From NCBI GenBank assembly GCA_965279515.1, contig CBDIID010000003.1, positions 1,568,001 to 1,632,000 on the forward strand: a stretch of 64,000 nt of DNA, written 5' to 3'. Position numbers and translations under genes: made by a program. Under the pieces are notes generated by a model that was not told where the DNA came from, ran no database searches, and was given only the letters and a program-made list of their open reading frames with translations. Positions within the stretch are counted from its first letter, which is position 1, and every line of letters starts with the position of its first letter. Below, piece by piece: positions 20,680 through 30,109 of the stretch. The DNA is from Turneriella sp. GTDB taxonomy: Bacteria; Spirochaetota; Leptospiria; Turneriellales; Turneriellaceae.

Positions 20680-20728
20680 CCTTATATTCTACAATGTAGA
20701 ATATAAGGCAATCTTTCTACGCCGTAGA
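20680..20728. promoter_or_regulatory. Two TetR-type operators (TCTAC-N3-GTAGA)
   Basis: Perfect 14-bp-arm palindrome CCTTATATTCTACA-A-TGTAGAATATAAGG (20680-20708) and TCTAC-GCC-GTAGA (20716-20728), between the divergent DHFR-like and tetR genes. Confidence 0.8.
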
Positions 20729-20774
20729 CTTTGTAAAGCCGTTTACGGAGCACGGGCCTTACGGAAACGGGGCG

Positions 20775-21323
20775 ATGCCGAAAAAAGCAGGCAGGCCCGC
20801 AAAGGCGCGCCTCACGCAGGACCAGATTCTGCGCGAGACCATCGCGCTATTGCGGCAGGGCAAAGGCGAGCTCAGCATGCGGGCGCTTGCCGGCCACCTG
20901 GGCGTCGACCCCATGGCGATCTACCATTACTTCCCCAACCGCGAGGCACTCTGGCAGGCGGCCCTCGAAACGGTATTTGCCGATCTCCCGGTTGCAGCTC
21001 AGGGTGCATCGTGGCAAGACTCTGCTATGGAATTCCTCATCGCATACCATGGTATTGCGCTGCGTAATTTTCACCTCACGCACTTTCTCGTAACGCATGC
21101 TGAAATGCGCATAACCGCGATCGATACCTTCAACGCTCATCTCTTGAAGACACTCAGCGCCTCAGGCTTCGGCAGTGAACGCACTGAACTTATGCGCGAC
21201 CTGCTCATCGATTACCTGCACGGCTACCTGATGGCTGAGGTGCATTATTCGCCCAAAGAAAAAAAGCAGCGCGCGCAGCAGGTGCCGGTGACGCTGCGCT
21301 GGATTCTCACGTCGCTGCGTTAA
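20775..21323 (+). CDS. TetR/AcrR family transcriptional regulator
   Basis: HTH LSMRALAGHLGVDPMAIYHYFPNREAL. Confidence 0.93.
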   Translation: MPKKAGRPAKARLTQDQILRETIALLRQGKGELSMRALAGHLGVDPMAIYHYFPNREALWQAALETVFADLPVAAQGASWQDSAMEFLIAYHGIALRNFHLTHFLVTHAEMRITAIDTFNAHLLKTLSASGFGSERTELMRDLLIDYLHGYLMAEVHYSPKEKKQRAQQVPVTLRWILTSLR

Positions 21324-21362
21324 TTTTTGCCGCCGGGCATATCTGAAGTTATATTTCCCTTC

Positions 21363-21454
21363 GCAGCATCCGCTGCCTCTATGCGCTAATCCGCTCAAAC
21401 CTCACCAACCATTATTCTGGTCATTTCTATTGTTTTGTTTAAGGAGCGGATATG
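21363..21454 (+). promoter_or_regulatory. Candidate translational attenuator leader: MR-stop uORF plus anti-SD sequences
   Basis: ATG CGC TAA at 21381-21389. ATCCGCTC (21389-21396) and ATCCGCT (21368-21374) are complementary to GAGCGGAT (21444-21451), which overlaps the AAGGAG SD. Confidence 0.55.
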
Positions 21455-22879
21455 CATTCCATTCAATTGTCACAGGTTTCCTTTGCCTTTCCGGGATCGC
21501 AAACGATTCTGGACGAGATTAATTTTTCAATCGCTTCGGGCATTGTCGCCCTCGCCGGCCCCAACGGCGCAGGCAAGACAACGCTCATGCGCCTCATGCT
21601 GCGGTTGCTTCACCCGCAGCAAGGCCATGTCATCTGGCATGGTTTTGATGAATGCGGTTGGTTGCCGCAGAACCTCACCGCGGCAACGCGCAGCAGCGGC
21701 GAAGAGAAGATGCGTTGTCTTGCGGGCTTGTTGCGTGACGGCAACAGCGTCGTTTTTCTCGACGAACCCGAAACGCATCTCGATCACAAAAACCGTGAGT
21801 GGTTACGCAAGTCACTCGCCCGGCACCGGGGTCTCGTCGTGATCGCCTCGCATGACCCTACGCTGCTTGATGATGCCAGCGTAATACTGCATACCGAGAT
21901 GCGGCAGGTCGTCGTCTACCGGATGCCTTACGCGGCCTACCAGGCTGAGATCGAAAACAAAAAAGCCAACCAGATCGCGAACGTTAACCACGCCGAACAC
22001 GAACTCAAAAAGGCCGAACGGGCGCGCCGCGCCGATTTCGAGCGGCAGTTGAAACGCAGCCGCAACGCCGCGGCGCGTGCACCGCTCGCGGGCATACCCC
22101 GCATCGCGCGCGGCATCATGAAGCGCAACGCCGAGCAGACTCTCGGTAAAATTATCCGCAAGAATAAAAAAAAGGGCGAGGCGGATATCGCGGCGCTCGA
22201 AAACCTGCGCGCCAAAAAAGGTTCACGCGCCGAATTCACTTTCACGGCGATGCATCCGACTGGGGGGCCGGCGCCGTATCTTGAAGTGCACGACCTGCAA
22301 CTGTACCGGGCCGATGGTACAGTGCTGTGGCAGAGACCGGTTTCGTTTTCAGTGAAAGCCGGTGAGCCACTGCAAATTGCCGGAGCCAATGGCAGCGGTA
22401 AGAGCATGCTGCTGACAACTCTGCGCGGCGAGGGAGAATTCCAAAGCACGGGAAATATTGTTTTGGGGCCGGGGCAAATCCGCCTCATGGATTCTGCGCA
22501 CACCGCTATTGCCGCCGACGCACAGGTTTTAGAGCTCACCAGGAATGCAGGCATCAGCGATGACCCCGGTGAAGCCCGGCGCCTTCTGGGCGCGTACGGC
22601 TTTCCCGGTGATGCGGTGTTTCGCCCGTTTCACAGCCTCAGCGCAGGGGAAAAAATGCGGCTGCGGCTCTTCTGGATCAGCCATGCGCCCCGCCCCGTCA
22701 CCGGCATCTTCTCTGACGAAGCCGAGACCGGTCTCGACACAGAGGCGCGCCGCCTCTATGCCGATTTTCTGAATGCGTTTCCGGGGCTTGTCGTTGTCGT
22801 GAGCCACGATGTAAACTTCGTTCGATCGCTGCAGATACGAAACCGGGTTGTGCTTGACATGAGCCCTGTTATGGAGTAA
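21452..22879 (+). CDS. ABC-F family ATPase (two NBDs, no TM), first NBD shortened
   Basis: GPNGAGKT / LDEPETHLD / SHD; helical interdomain linker; GANGSGKS / LSAGEK / SDEAETGLD / SHD. Confidence 0.82.
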   Translation: MHSIQLSQVSFAFPGSQTILDEINFSIASGIVALAGPNGAGKTTLMRLMLRLLHPQQGHVIWHGFDECGWLPQNLTAATRSSGEEKMRCLAGLLRDGNSVVFLDEPETHLDHKNREWLRKSLARHRGLVVIASHDPTLLDDASVILHTEMRQVVVYRMPYAAYQAEIENKKANQIANVNHAEHELKKAERARRADFERQLKRSRNAAARAPLAGIPRIARGIMKRNAEQTLGKIIRKNKKKGEADIAALENLRAKKGSRAEFTFTAMHPTGGPAPYLEVHDLQLYRADGTVLWQRPVSFSVKAGEPLQIAGANGSGKSMLLTTLRGEGEFQSTGNIVLGPGQIRLMDSAHTAIAADAQVLELTRNAGISDDPGEARRLLGAYGFPGDAVFRPFHSLSAGEKMRLRLFWISHAPRPVTGIFSDEAETGLDTEARRLYADFLNAFPGLVVVVSHDVNFVRSLQIRNRVVLDMSPVME

Positions 22880-22887
22880 AAAAAGCC

Positions 22888-24226
22888 ATGCCCGCAATTG
22901 CAATCGTCGGCCGACAGAATGTGGGCAAGAGTTCCCTCTTTAATAGCCTGCTCGGCCACCGCAAGAGCATCATCTACAACCAGCCCGGTGTCACGCGCGA
23001 CCTCATCACCGAGAAGGTGCCCTGGGGCGAAGGCTCGTGGACGCTCACCGACTTTCCCGGTTTCGAGAGCGAAAAGGTCGTGCGCGGCGACGAGCTGACG
23101 CTCGCGGCGATCCGTTCGGCAGAGAAGCAGCTCGATAAGTTTCACCTGCTCTTGTTTGTCGTGGCACGGGGGGGATTAACCCCGTACGAGGCCGATTTGG
23201 CCGAACGCCTGCGGCGCATGAAAAAACCCGTGTGGCTTGTGGTCAACTTCATCGACGACCCGCAGCTCGAAGCCGAGGCGTCGGAATTTTTTGAACTCGG
23301 CTTTCCCGAAACCGTGTTCGTCTCGGCGCTCAACCACCGCAACATCGGCAGTTTACGCGAAATGATACAGGCGCAATTCGCCGTCGGCAAGAGTAAAAAG
23401 GGCCGACGCGGAAACGGATGAAACGACCGAAGGCCCCAAGGCCGATCTCAAACTCGCGATTCTTGGCAAACCCAATGCCGGCAAGAGCACGCTCTTCAAC
23501 ACCATGACCGGCAAAGAGCGCGCGCTCATTTCACCCGTTGCCGGTACGACGCGCGACAGCATCAACGAGATCTTTCACTTCGAAGGCAAGCTCATCGAAA
23601 TTGTCGACACCGCAGGTCTGCGCCGCCAGCGTAACGTCGTCGAAGATGTCGAATCGATCAGCGTCAAGCGCGCGAAAGAGGCGCTCGAGGTCTGTGACGT
23701 CGTTTTTCTCGTCATGGACCACACCGAGAATCTGGACAAACAGAACAAAACACTCTTCGCCCTCATCGCCGAAGCGGGCAAACCCCTCATCGCGCTCATC
23801 AACAAATACGACAAGTTCCGCGATGACGCCGAAACCAAATCTCAAATCGCCGCAGACCTCGCGGACTCACAAAAAGCCTTCTGGCACTTCCCGTGGTTTT
23901 TTATCAGCGCTTCTACGGGAGAGAACTGCATCAAGGCCCTTGCCAAGGCCTTCGATTTGCGCGCACAGGTATTCGAAAAATTCAGCACACCAAAACTGAA
24001 TACGATTTTGAAAGATTTGCAGCGCAACCACATTCTAGCCAACCAAAATATCAAGCTGAAGTACATCACCCAGGGAACTCCACTCAATCGTTTTATCCTG
24101 TTCACCAACAAACCGGTGACGATGCCGATCAAGCGCCACCTCAATAACGAGCTCAGAAAAAGACTCAACATGACCGAAGTGCCGATTCTGCTCACCGTGC
24201 GCACGGAAGAACGGAAAAAGAAGTAA
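22888..24226 (+). pseudogene. der: Ribosome biogenesis GTPase Der (EngA), interrupted by a +1 frameshift near 23400 (probably a sequence error)
   Basis: GD1 GRQNVGKSS..PGVTRD is in frame 1. GD2 LAILGKPNAGKST..AGTTRD..DTAG..NKYD and the KH-like tail are in frame 2. Removing one G from AAAAAGGGCC restores one ORF. Confidence 0.88.
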
Positions 24227-24231
24227 ACAGA

Positions 24232-24364
24232 CAAGCGCGCGGAAAAATCTCCGAAAAAAAGAAAAGCCTCGCCGTTTGCAAAGCCAAACGGCTGCTAAAG
24301 CGCTTCGCTGCTTTTCTTTTTTTCGGTTCCGCGCGCTTGCTCGCGTTTTCCTTTCGGAAAACGC
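24232..24364. repeat. Large nested inverted-repeat element plus an adjacent hairpin between convergent genes (bidirectional terminator, REP/MITE-like element or structured RNA)
   Basis: Perfect pairings 24232-24244/24327-24339 (13 bp), 24251-24267/24310-24326 (17 bp), 24271-24278/24285-24292 (8 bp) and 24343-24351/24356-24364 (9 bp). Confidence 0.75.
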
Positions 24365-25429
24365 TTAGTTAAACATCACATCCTGCCCCGGCGGTTCGTC
24401 TTTCGGTTTCGGATCGGAAATCTGAATCTGCAGCGCCGGCCTGTCAAATACCCGCGGCATCTCGGCCTTCATCAAAAGATTTTTCTGCAACACTTCGGCC
24501 TCATGCGCAAGCTCCCTGTCAAATAACCACTCAGTCGCGGTCATGCGCACCGCGAGGTCATGTGTTTCGACCAGCATCTGTTCGCGCGCATGCATGAATT
24601 CATGGTAGGCCTTGTCTTGCAGCATCTGGAAAGCGTTCTTCACATCGGCCAGGCCCAGATAGGCCGAGGGCCTGCCCGTGTACGTCGCCTGCGAGAGGCC
24701 CGTGGCATTGCCAGCCTTGAGTTTCCACGTTGCATGGCTGACATGAAAATCGCAGAGATAGTTGCGGATGAATTCGAGAAACTCAGACGGCGACAACATC
24801 GCATTCGAAACGTCTTTCGCGAGCGTCGTCATGTCGCCGAACAGGCTGCCCTGGTCGAAATCCTTGATGATCAGAACCGCGAGCTGGCGGTGCTGGCGCC
24901 GTTCGCTGCGCAGGAGCGAAAAAATTTTTTCTCGGCTCTCATGCACACGGTTCTTGAGCACGGGCATGTCCTGGTCAAAGACGACAATACCCGCCCCGTG
25001 TTTGAGTTCTTTCAGCAAGCCCTGTGTCGAATCGACCGCGACGGGATTAAAACCGAATAAGGAAAACATCCGCATCGCCTGCACGCGCAGAAGATCGGGT
25101 AAAAATGCCAGCACGACTTCGCCAAAAACCGCCGGCGATTGCAGCTGCAGGGTATGCGCGGCATGCGTCTGAAACTGTGCGAGCGTCATCGCCGTAATAT
25201 GCCCGGCTGAGAGCGCATGGCGGTAGGCGCCCGCCAGCGTATCGCCGCAACAGACAAGCAAATCACCCGGCGCCAGGTTCTCGAGTTCGATACCGCTTTC
25301 GGCAAAATGGATACGCGCGGGTTTCAGGTTGGGGTAGAGAATCTGTAGCGCGGCAACGCGTTCGCGGTCAGCGGACGAGGCCTGGAAAAAGACAAAGCGC
25401 TCGAACGCATACGCCATGAGATGTGACAT
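24365..25429 (-). CDS. Hypothetical protein, possibly with a degenerate receiver-like domain
   Basis: 354-aa ORF with typical codon usage; segment GIVVFDQDMP resembles a receiver beta3 strand. Confidence 0.6.
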   Translation of the reverse strand: MSHLMAYAFERFVFFQASSADRERVAALQILYPNLKPARIHFAESGIELENLAPGDLLVCCGDTLAGAYRHALSAGHITAMTLAQFQTHAAHTLQLQSPAVFGEVVLAFLPDLLRVQAMRMFSLFGFNPVAVDSTQGLLKELKHGAGIVVFDQDMPVLKNRVHESREKIFSLLRSERRQHRQLAVLIIKDFDQGSLFGDMTTLAKDVSNAMLSPSEFLEFIRNYLCDFHVSHATWKLKAGNATGLSQATYTGRPSAYLGLADVKNAFQMLQDKAYHEFMHAREQMLVETHDLAVRMTATEWLFDRELAHEAEVLQKNLLMKAEMPRVFDRPALQIQISDPKPKDEPPGQDVMFN

Positions 25430-25508
25430 AATTCCGGAGCGTTTTTCATGGTGTCAAATGAATTGCCCGATGTCGTTTACGCCCCAGCCCCTGAAATGAC
25501 TGACAGGA

Positions 25509-26450
25509 ATGCACCGCCTCGCTTCGTTGCTTGCCGTCTTACTGATCCCGGCATTTTCGATCGAAGCCGCGATGGTCGTGACGGCAAAAGAGCGCATTGT
25601 CTGCACCATCATCAGCCAGGACGATAAATCCCTGACGCTGCGCCTCGAGAATCAGCGCGAAATGAAAATTGCCCGCGACAAGGTTTTGCAGATTTTCGAC
25701 GATGCCGGCGATCTTACCTGGCAGGGCGCGCTGCCGCCCGAAGAGCTACGGCCAGAACCCGTGGAACAACGGCCTCCCTCTTTTGCCAAACGTTCCGTAC
25801 TGCTCGATTTTTATCTCGGTTCCGCATTCGGCGGCCTTTATGCAGACGAAAATAAACTGGTCGACGATCTGAAGATATATACACAGTACAGTGACGGCTC
25901 GGTGCAGTATGCAAAATCTTCGATGCTGTCCCTGGGCGGCGGAATCAGCTACCAGAATTTTGACTCCGACCGCTGGTCGACGCTGATCTCCTATCTGTAC
26001 AAAACGACCTCGCAGTCGGTGACAATCGGCGAGAATGCAAGCTACGAAAAGAGTTCGCTGGCAAATCTGGTTGTAACACGCCGGCATGCTCTCTTCTACG
26101 GCAAGGAAGCGCATTTTTATCCAGCATCCGACGTATCGTCGCTCGACATTATCGGGCAGATCGGCTATGAGCTCGGCAGCTATGCTCCCCTGACAACCTA
26201 CAATTCTTACCGCACCATGCTGACACCTATGCCAGCGGCCTATACCGGTGCCGCATCCATAATTATCCATGGCCCTACAGCCCGTCTCGGTACCGGGGTA
26301 ACCCTGCGCGGTGAAAACTGGCAATTCCGTTTGCTGGGTTTTTACCAGCTGACGACGCTGTTTCTCGCCGCGACGACGCCGCTCACGAATTCCCAGAGTA
26401 CTATTGTGCATGACCTCTATGGCGGCGTCTCGCTCGGGTATGGCTGGTAA
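25509..26450 (+). CDS. Exported protein: small N-terminal beta domain plus putative outer-membrane beta-barrel
   Basis: Signal peptide (..SIEA), Pro/Glu linker, amphipathic strands, C-terminal GGVSLGYGW. Confidence 0.6.
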   Translation: MHRLASLLAVLLIPAFSIEAAMVVTAKERIVCTIISQDDKSLTLRLENQREMKIARDKVLQIFDDAGDLTWQGALPPEELRPEPVEQRPPSFAKRSVLLDFYLGSAFGGLYADENKLVDDLKIYTQYSDGSVQYAKSSMLSLGGGISYQNFDSDRWSTLISYLYKTTSQSVTIGENASYEKSSLANLVVTRRHALFYGKEAHFYPASDVSSLDIIGQIGYELGSYAPLTTYNSYRTMLTPMPAAYTGAASIIIHGPTARLGTGVTLRGENWQFRLLGFYQLTTLFLAATTPLTNSQSTIVHDLYGGVSLGYGW

Positions 26451-26534
26451 TATCTTGAAACCGTTTTTGCCGGCTCAACAACACGATTATGTACGAAAGC
26501 CCGGTTTCCGATAATAGAATGTCCACTACCTGAT

Positions 26535-26888
26535 ATGAGCCTGAATCCCGAAAGACCCAAAGAACACAAACGGGAACACGGCCGCCTAAAAGTCACCGTC
26601 GACGGCCATTACCGCTTTGCCGGCGACGAAGACTGGATGCCTTGCAGCCTGATCGATATCAGCACCAGGGGGATGGCCCTTGTCGGAAAAAAATCGTTCT
26701 ATGTCGGCGATAAAATCGAAGTACGTTTCGGACTCGAAAAGCGCACTGTCTTGGTAGAGCTGGAGATCACGAACCTGATTGGCAAGAAGGCCGGCGGCAA
26801 AGTCACCGGCATGACCGACGCCGATCGCCTGGCCATTCAGGATATCCTCAACCGCGACCTGCTTTCCGGTAATACGCCGCTCTCTTAA
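26535..26888 (+). CDS. PilZ domain protein (c-di-GMP receptor)
   Basis: RxxxR (KREHGR) and DxSxxG (DISTRG) motifs. TCCGATAA at 26507-26514 is a sigma28-like -10. Confidence 0.85.
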   Translation: MSLNPERPKEHKREHGRLKVTVDGHYRFAGDEDWMPCSLIDISTRGMALVGKKSFYVGDKIEVRFGLEKRTVLVELEITNLIGKKAGGKVTGMTDADRLAIQDILNRDLLSGNTPLS

Positions 26889-26904
26889 CCAATCGTGCCG
26901 GCTG

Positions 26905-29900
26905 TTATTCCCGCTCGCTCTGCAACCACTGGTAGAAAGCGGGCAACAGGAATAATGTCATCAATGTCGCTGTCACAAGGCCACCGAGCACCACAACCGC
27001 CAGCGGTTTTTGCACCTCGGCTCCGATGCCGCTGTTGAGCACCATCGGCAAAAAACCCAGGCTCGCCACAGAGGCTGTCATGAGCACGGGCCGCAGGCGA
27101 CCGAGTGCACCGGTATGCACTGCCTGCTTCACTGTGTGCCCCGCGGCAACCAGCTGGTTCAGATAGCTCACCTTTACAAGACCGTTCAGAATCGCAACGC
27201 CCGAAAGCGCGATGAAACCGACGGCGGCCGATACCGAGAAAGGTATGCCGGCGATGTATAAGGCGACCACGCCCCCCGTCCAGGCAAAGGGTATCGTCAT
27301 AAAAATCAGCAGGGTCTGCTTCACCGAGCGGAACGTGCGCCAGATAAGATAAAAGATTCCGAGCAGGATAACCGGCACGATAATCGCCAGGCGCAACCGG
27401 GCACGTTCGAGATTTTTGAACTGCCCCTGCCATTGCAACCGGTACCCCGGCGGCAGGCCGGTGTTCAGCTTGAGCTCTTGCTCAATTTTAGCCTTGGCTT
27501 CCTGAACAAACGAAAGCGTGTCGCGATTACCGAGGTAGATGGCAACGCCGGCATAGCGGTTGAGACCGCTGCGTGCAATGGCCGTCACGGTATCGCGCAC
27601 TGAAAAATCGACAAGATCGGCCAGGGGAATCGTGCCCCCCGCGGGCAATGCAATGGGGATTTTTTTGATCAGCGCAGTATTGGCGCGGCTGGCATCGTTC
27701 AATTTGACGACGATGGGAAAGCGCCAGTCCTCTTCATAATAGTTGCCGACGCTCCGCCCGACCATCGCCATCTGAAAACTTTCATTAACCTCGGCCATCG
27801 AGACGCCATAGAATGTAATGCGGTCATTCTTCATTCGGGCTTCGAGCACCGAACTGCGCCGCAGCGCCGTCAGCGAATCGAGCGTGACATCTCTCGCGCC
27901 GGGAATACTTTTCAGAATCTCCACCGCACGCTCCTGTAATTCAAAGAGCGTTTCCAGCTCTTTGCCATAGATGCGCAATGACACATCGGCGCGGCTGCCC
28001 TCGAGCATTTCGTTAAAACGCATCGCAATGGGTTGCGTCTGCTCGAGTTCCGATTCTTTCAGGTTCTCCGTTTTCGCGAGAACGGGCCTCAGATCGTTTT
28101 GTATGAGACCGAACAATTCATCCTGTGAAATCGTTTTACCTTTGGTATTCTTGCGCCAGGTAGCCTGGTCTTTTTTGAGGATAACAAACAGATCTGTGAG
28201 ATTCACTCCCATGGGATCGGTCGCCGCTTCGCTCGTGCCAATACGGCCGAAAACGGTTTCCACCTCGGGGTATGCGGCAATAATCTGCTCGGCCTTTTTC
28301 TCTCTCGCCAGCGATTCGCTGAGCGACATGCGCGCATCGTGCAAAAGGTTGAGCGTCATGTCGCCTTCGTTCAAAGCCGGCATAAAATCAGAACCCAGCT
28401 TCCGGAACAGATAACCGCAGAGCAGGAAAATCACAACGAGCGGCAGCACAAACTTTCGGATATGCCTGAGCGGAAAATTCAGCAACGGTTCATAAACGGC
28501 ATAGATTTTCTGAAAGACCGCCGTCTTATGGACTTCGCGTTTGGCCGCGACATAAACACCCAAAACCGGCATCAGCACAACGCCCACCAGTAAGGCGCCC
28601 GCGAGGGCAAAAAGCACGGTAATCGCCATGGGGTAATAGAGCTTACCTTCGACGCCCTCCAAAGTCAGAATGGGGAAATAGACTGCCATGATAATGATCA
28701 TGCCCGTCACCATGGGACGCATGATTTCGAGAGTCGCGGCACGCACAGCGCTTAGGCGCTCCGCAAGGTTCCGGGGTGGGTTGGCCTCCATCTTCGATAA
28801 CAGGTTCTCCAGCATGACGATGGAGCCGTCGACGATGAGGCCAAAATCGAGTGCGCCGAGACTCATGAGATTTGCCGAGATTCCGAACACCTTCATACCG
28901 ATGAGCGCAAACGCCATGGATATGGGAATAGCCAGCGCCACGAAGATCGCCGCGCGCAGATTGCCGAGAAAGAGTAACAGGATAACAACGACGATGCCGG
29001 CACCTTCCGCAAGATTTTTCACAACGGTCTTGACCGTCGCATTGACGAGAAAGCTGCGCGAATAGAGCACGCGCGTCTCGACATCTTCAGGCAGCGGCAC
29101 ATTCTTCAGCGCCGCCTCCGCGCTCTGCGCCACCGCGCGGCTGTTTTGCCCCGAAAGCATCAGCACCGTACCGAGTACTGTCTCATTGCCGCGGTAGGTC
29201 GCCGCGCCGATGCGCTGCGAATGGTATTCGCAGATTTCGGCGACCTGTTTCAGGCGTATCTTTGAGCCATCCCAGCTCATTTTCAGCGGCACTTCATTGA
29301 GCTGACTCAGGCTAAGGCCGCCGTTGGTGCGCACAATCAGCTGCTGCTGGCGGTTCTCGATATACCCACCGCCATAATTTTCACCGACCGTTCTCAGGCT
29401 TTGCCGTATCTGGTTGAAGGTGATGCCATACTGTTCGAGTTTTTCAGGACTGACCTCGATGTGCACCTGGCGTTCATAACCGCCTAATGAATCGATCTCT
29501 GCGGCGCCGGAAATATTCGACTTCAGGTAAGGCCTGATCACAAAATGCTGGATAGTCCGCAGGTAGACGAGTTGTTCGCGTTCGGTTTTTTTAGCCAGTG
29601 CACTGCCCGGCTTCGGCAAAACGGTATACATCAGCACTTCACCGAGCCCGGTGCTGATCGGCGCCATCCCGAGACTGACCCCCATCGGTAAATTTACGGC
29701 GCTCTGTATGATCTTTTCGGCGACCTGCTGCCGCGCCCAGTAAATATCGGTACCATCGGCAAAAATGATCACGGTCTGCGAGAGACCGAAACGTGAAAGC
29801 GAGCGCACCTCTTTCACATGGGGTAATCCCGCCATCTCGGTTTCGACAAAATAGGTAACGGATTTTTCGACCTGTTGCGGGTCGAGCCCCCCGGTCTTGG

Positions 29901-30051
29901 CATTGACAATCACCTGGACATTGGTGATGTCGGGCACCGCATCGACCGGTAAATTTAAAGCCACGAGCACAGCTGCGGTGAAGATCGTGAGCGCCGACAA
30001 AACGACTGTAAGCCGGTGAGCAAGTATGAAATCGATTAATTTACTGAACAT
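26905..30051 (-). CDS. CusA/CzcA heavy-metal efflux RND permease
   Basis: LPVDAVPDITNVQV, ANLMSLGALDFGLIVDG, AAVGFIALSGVAILNG, RLRPVLMTASVASLGFLPM. Confidence 0.96.
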   Translation of the reverse strand: MFSKLIDFILAHRLTVVLSALTIFTAAVLVALNLPVDAVPDITNVQVIVNAKTGGLDPQQVEKSVTYFVETEMAGLPHVKEVRSLSRFGLSQTVIIFADGTDIYWARQQVAEKIIQSAVNLPMGVSLGMAPISTGLGEVLMYTVLPKPGSALAKKTEREQLVYLRTIQHFVIRPYLKSNISGAAEIDSLGGYERQVHIEVSPEKLEQYGITFNQIRQSLRTVGENYGGGYIENRQQQLIVRTNGGLSLSQLNEVPLKMSWDGSKIRLKQVAEICEYHSQRIGAATYRGNETVLGTVLMLSGQNSRAVAQSAEAALKNVPLPEDVETRVLYSRSFLVNATVKTVVKNLAEGAGIVVVILLLFLGNLRAAIFVALAIPISMAFALIGMKVFGISANLMSLGALDFGLIVDGSIVMLENLLSKMEANPPRNLAERLSAVRAATLEIMRPMVTGMIIIMAVYFPILTLEGVEGKLYYPMAITVLFALAGALLVGVVLMPVLGVYVAAKREVHKTAVFQKIYAVYEPLLNFPLRHIRKFVLPLVVIFLLCGYLFRKLGSDFMPALNEGDMTLNLLHDARMSLSESLAREKKAEQIIAAYPEVETVFGRIGTSEAATDPMGVNLTDLFVILKKDQATWRKNTKGKTISQDELFGLIQNDLRPVLAKTENLKESELEQTQPIAMRFNEMLEGSRADVSLRIYGKELETLFELQERAVEILKSIPGARDVTLDSLTALRRSSVLEARMKNDRITFYGVSMAEVNESFQMAMVGRSVGNYYEEDWRFPIVVKLNDASRANTALIKKIPIALPAGGTIPLADLVDFSVRDTVTAIARSGLNRYAGVAIYLGNRDTLSFVQEAKAKIEQELKLNTGLPPGYRLQWQGQFKNLERARLRLAIIVPVILLGIFYLIWRTFRSVKQTLLIFMTIPFAWTGGVVALYIAGIPFSVSAAVGFIALSGVAILNGLVKVSYLNQLVAAGHTVKQAVHTGALGRLRPVLMTASVASLGFLPMVLNSGIGAEVQKPLAVVVLGGLVTATLMTLFLLPAFYQWLQSERE

Positions 30052-30109
30052 AACCCTCCTGTAACATAAACTCCAGGGATATTACTCCCAAACCCAATGG
30101 GCTGAATGT

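Noticed and set aside
23394..23402. AAAAAG as a dnaX-type -1 frameshift site in der
   Set aside because: The downstream domain lies in the +1 frame, so a -1 slip would not restore it. The ATG overlapping the TGA (23418) is also in the wrong frame.
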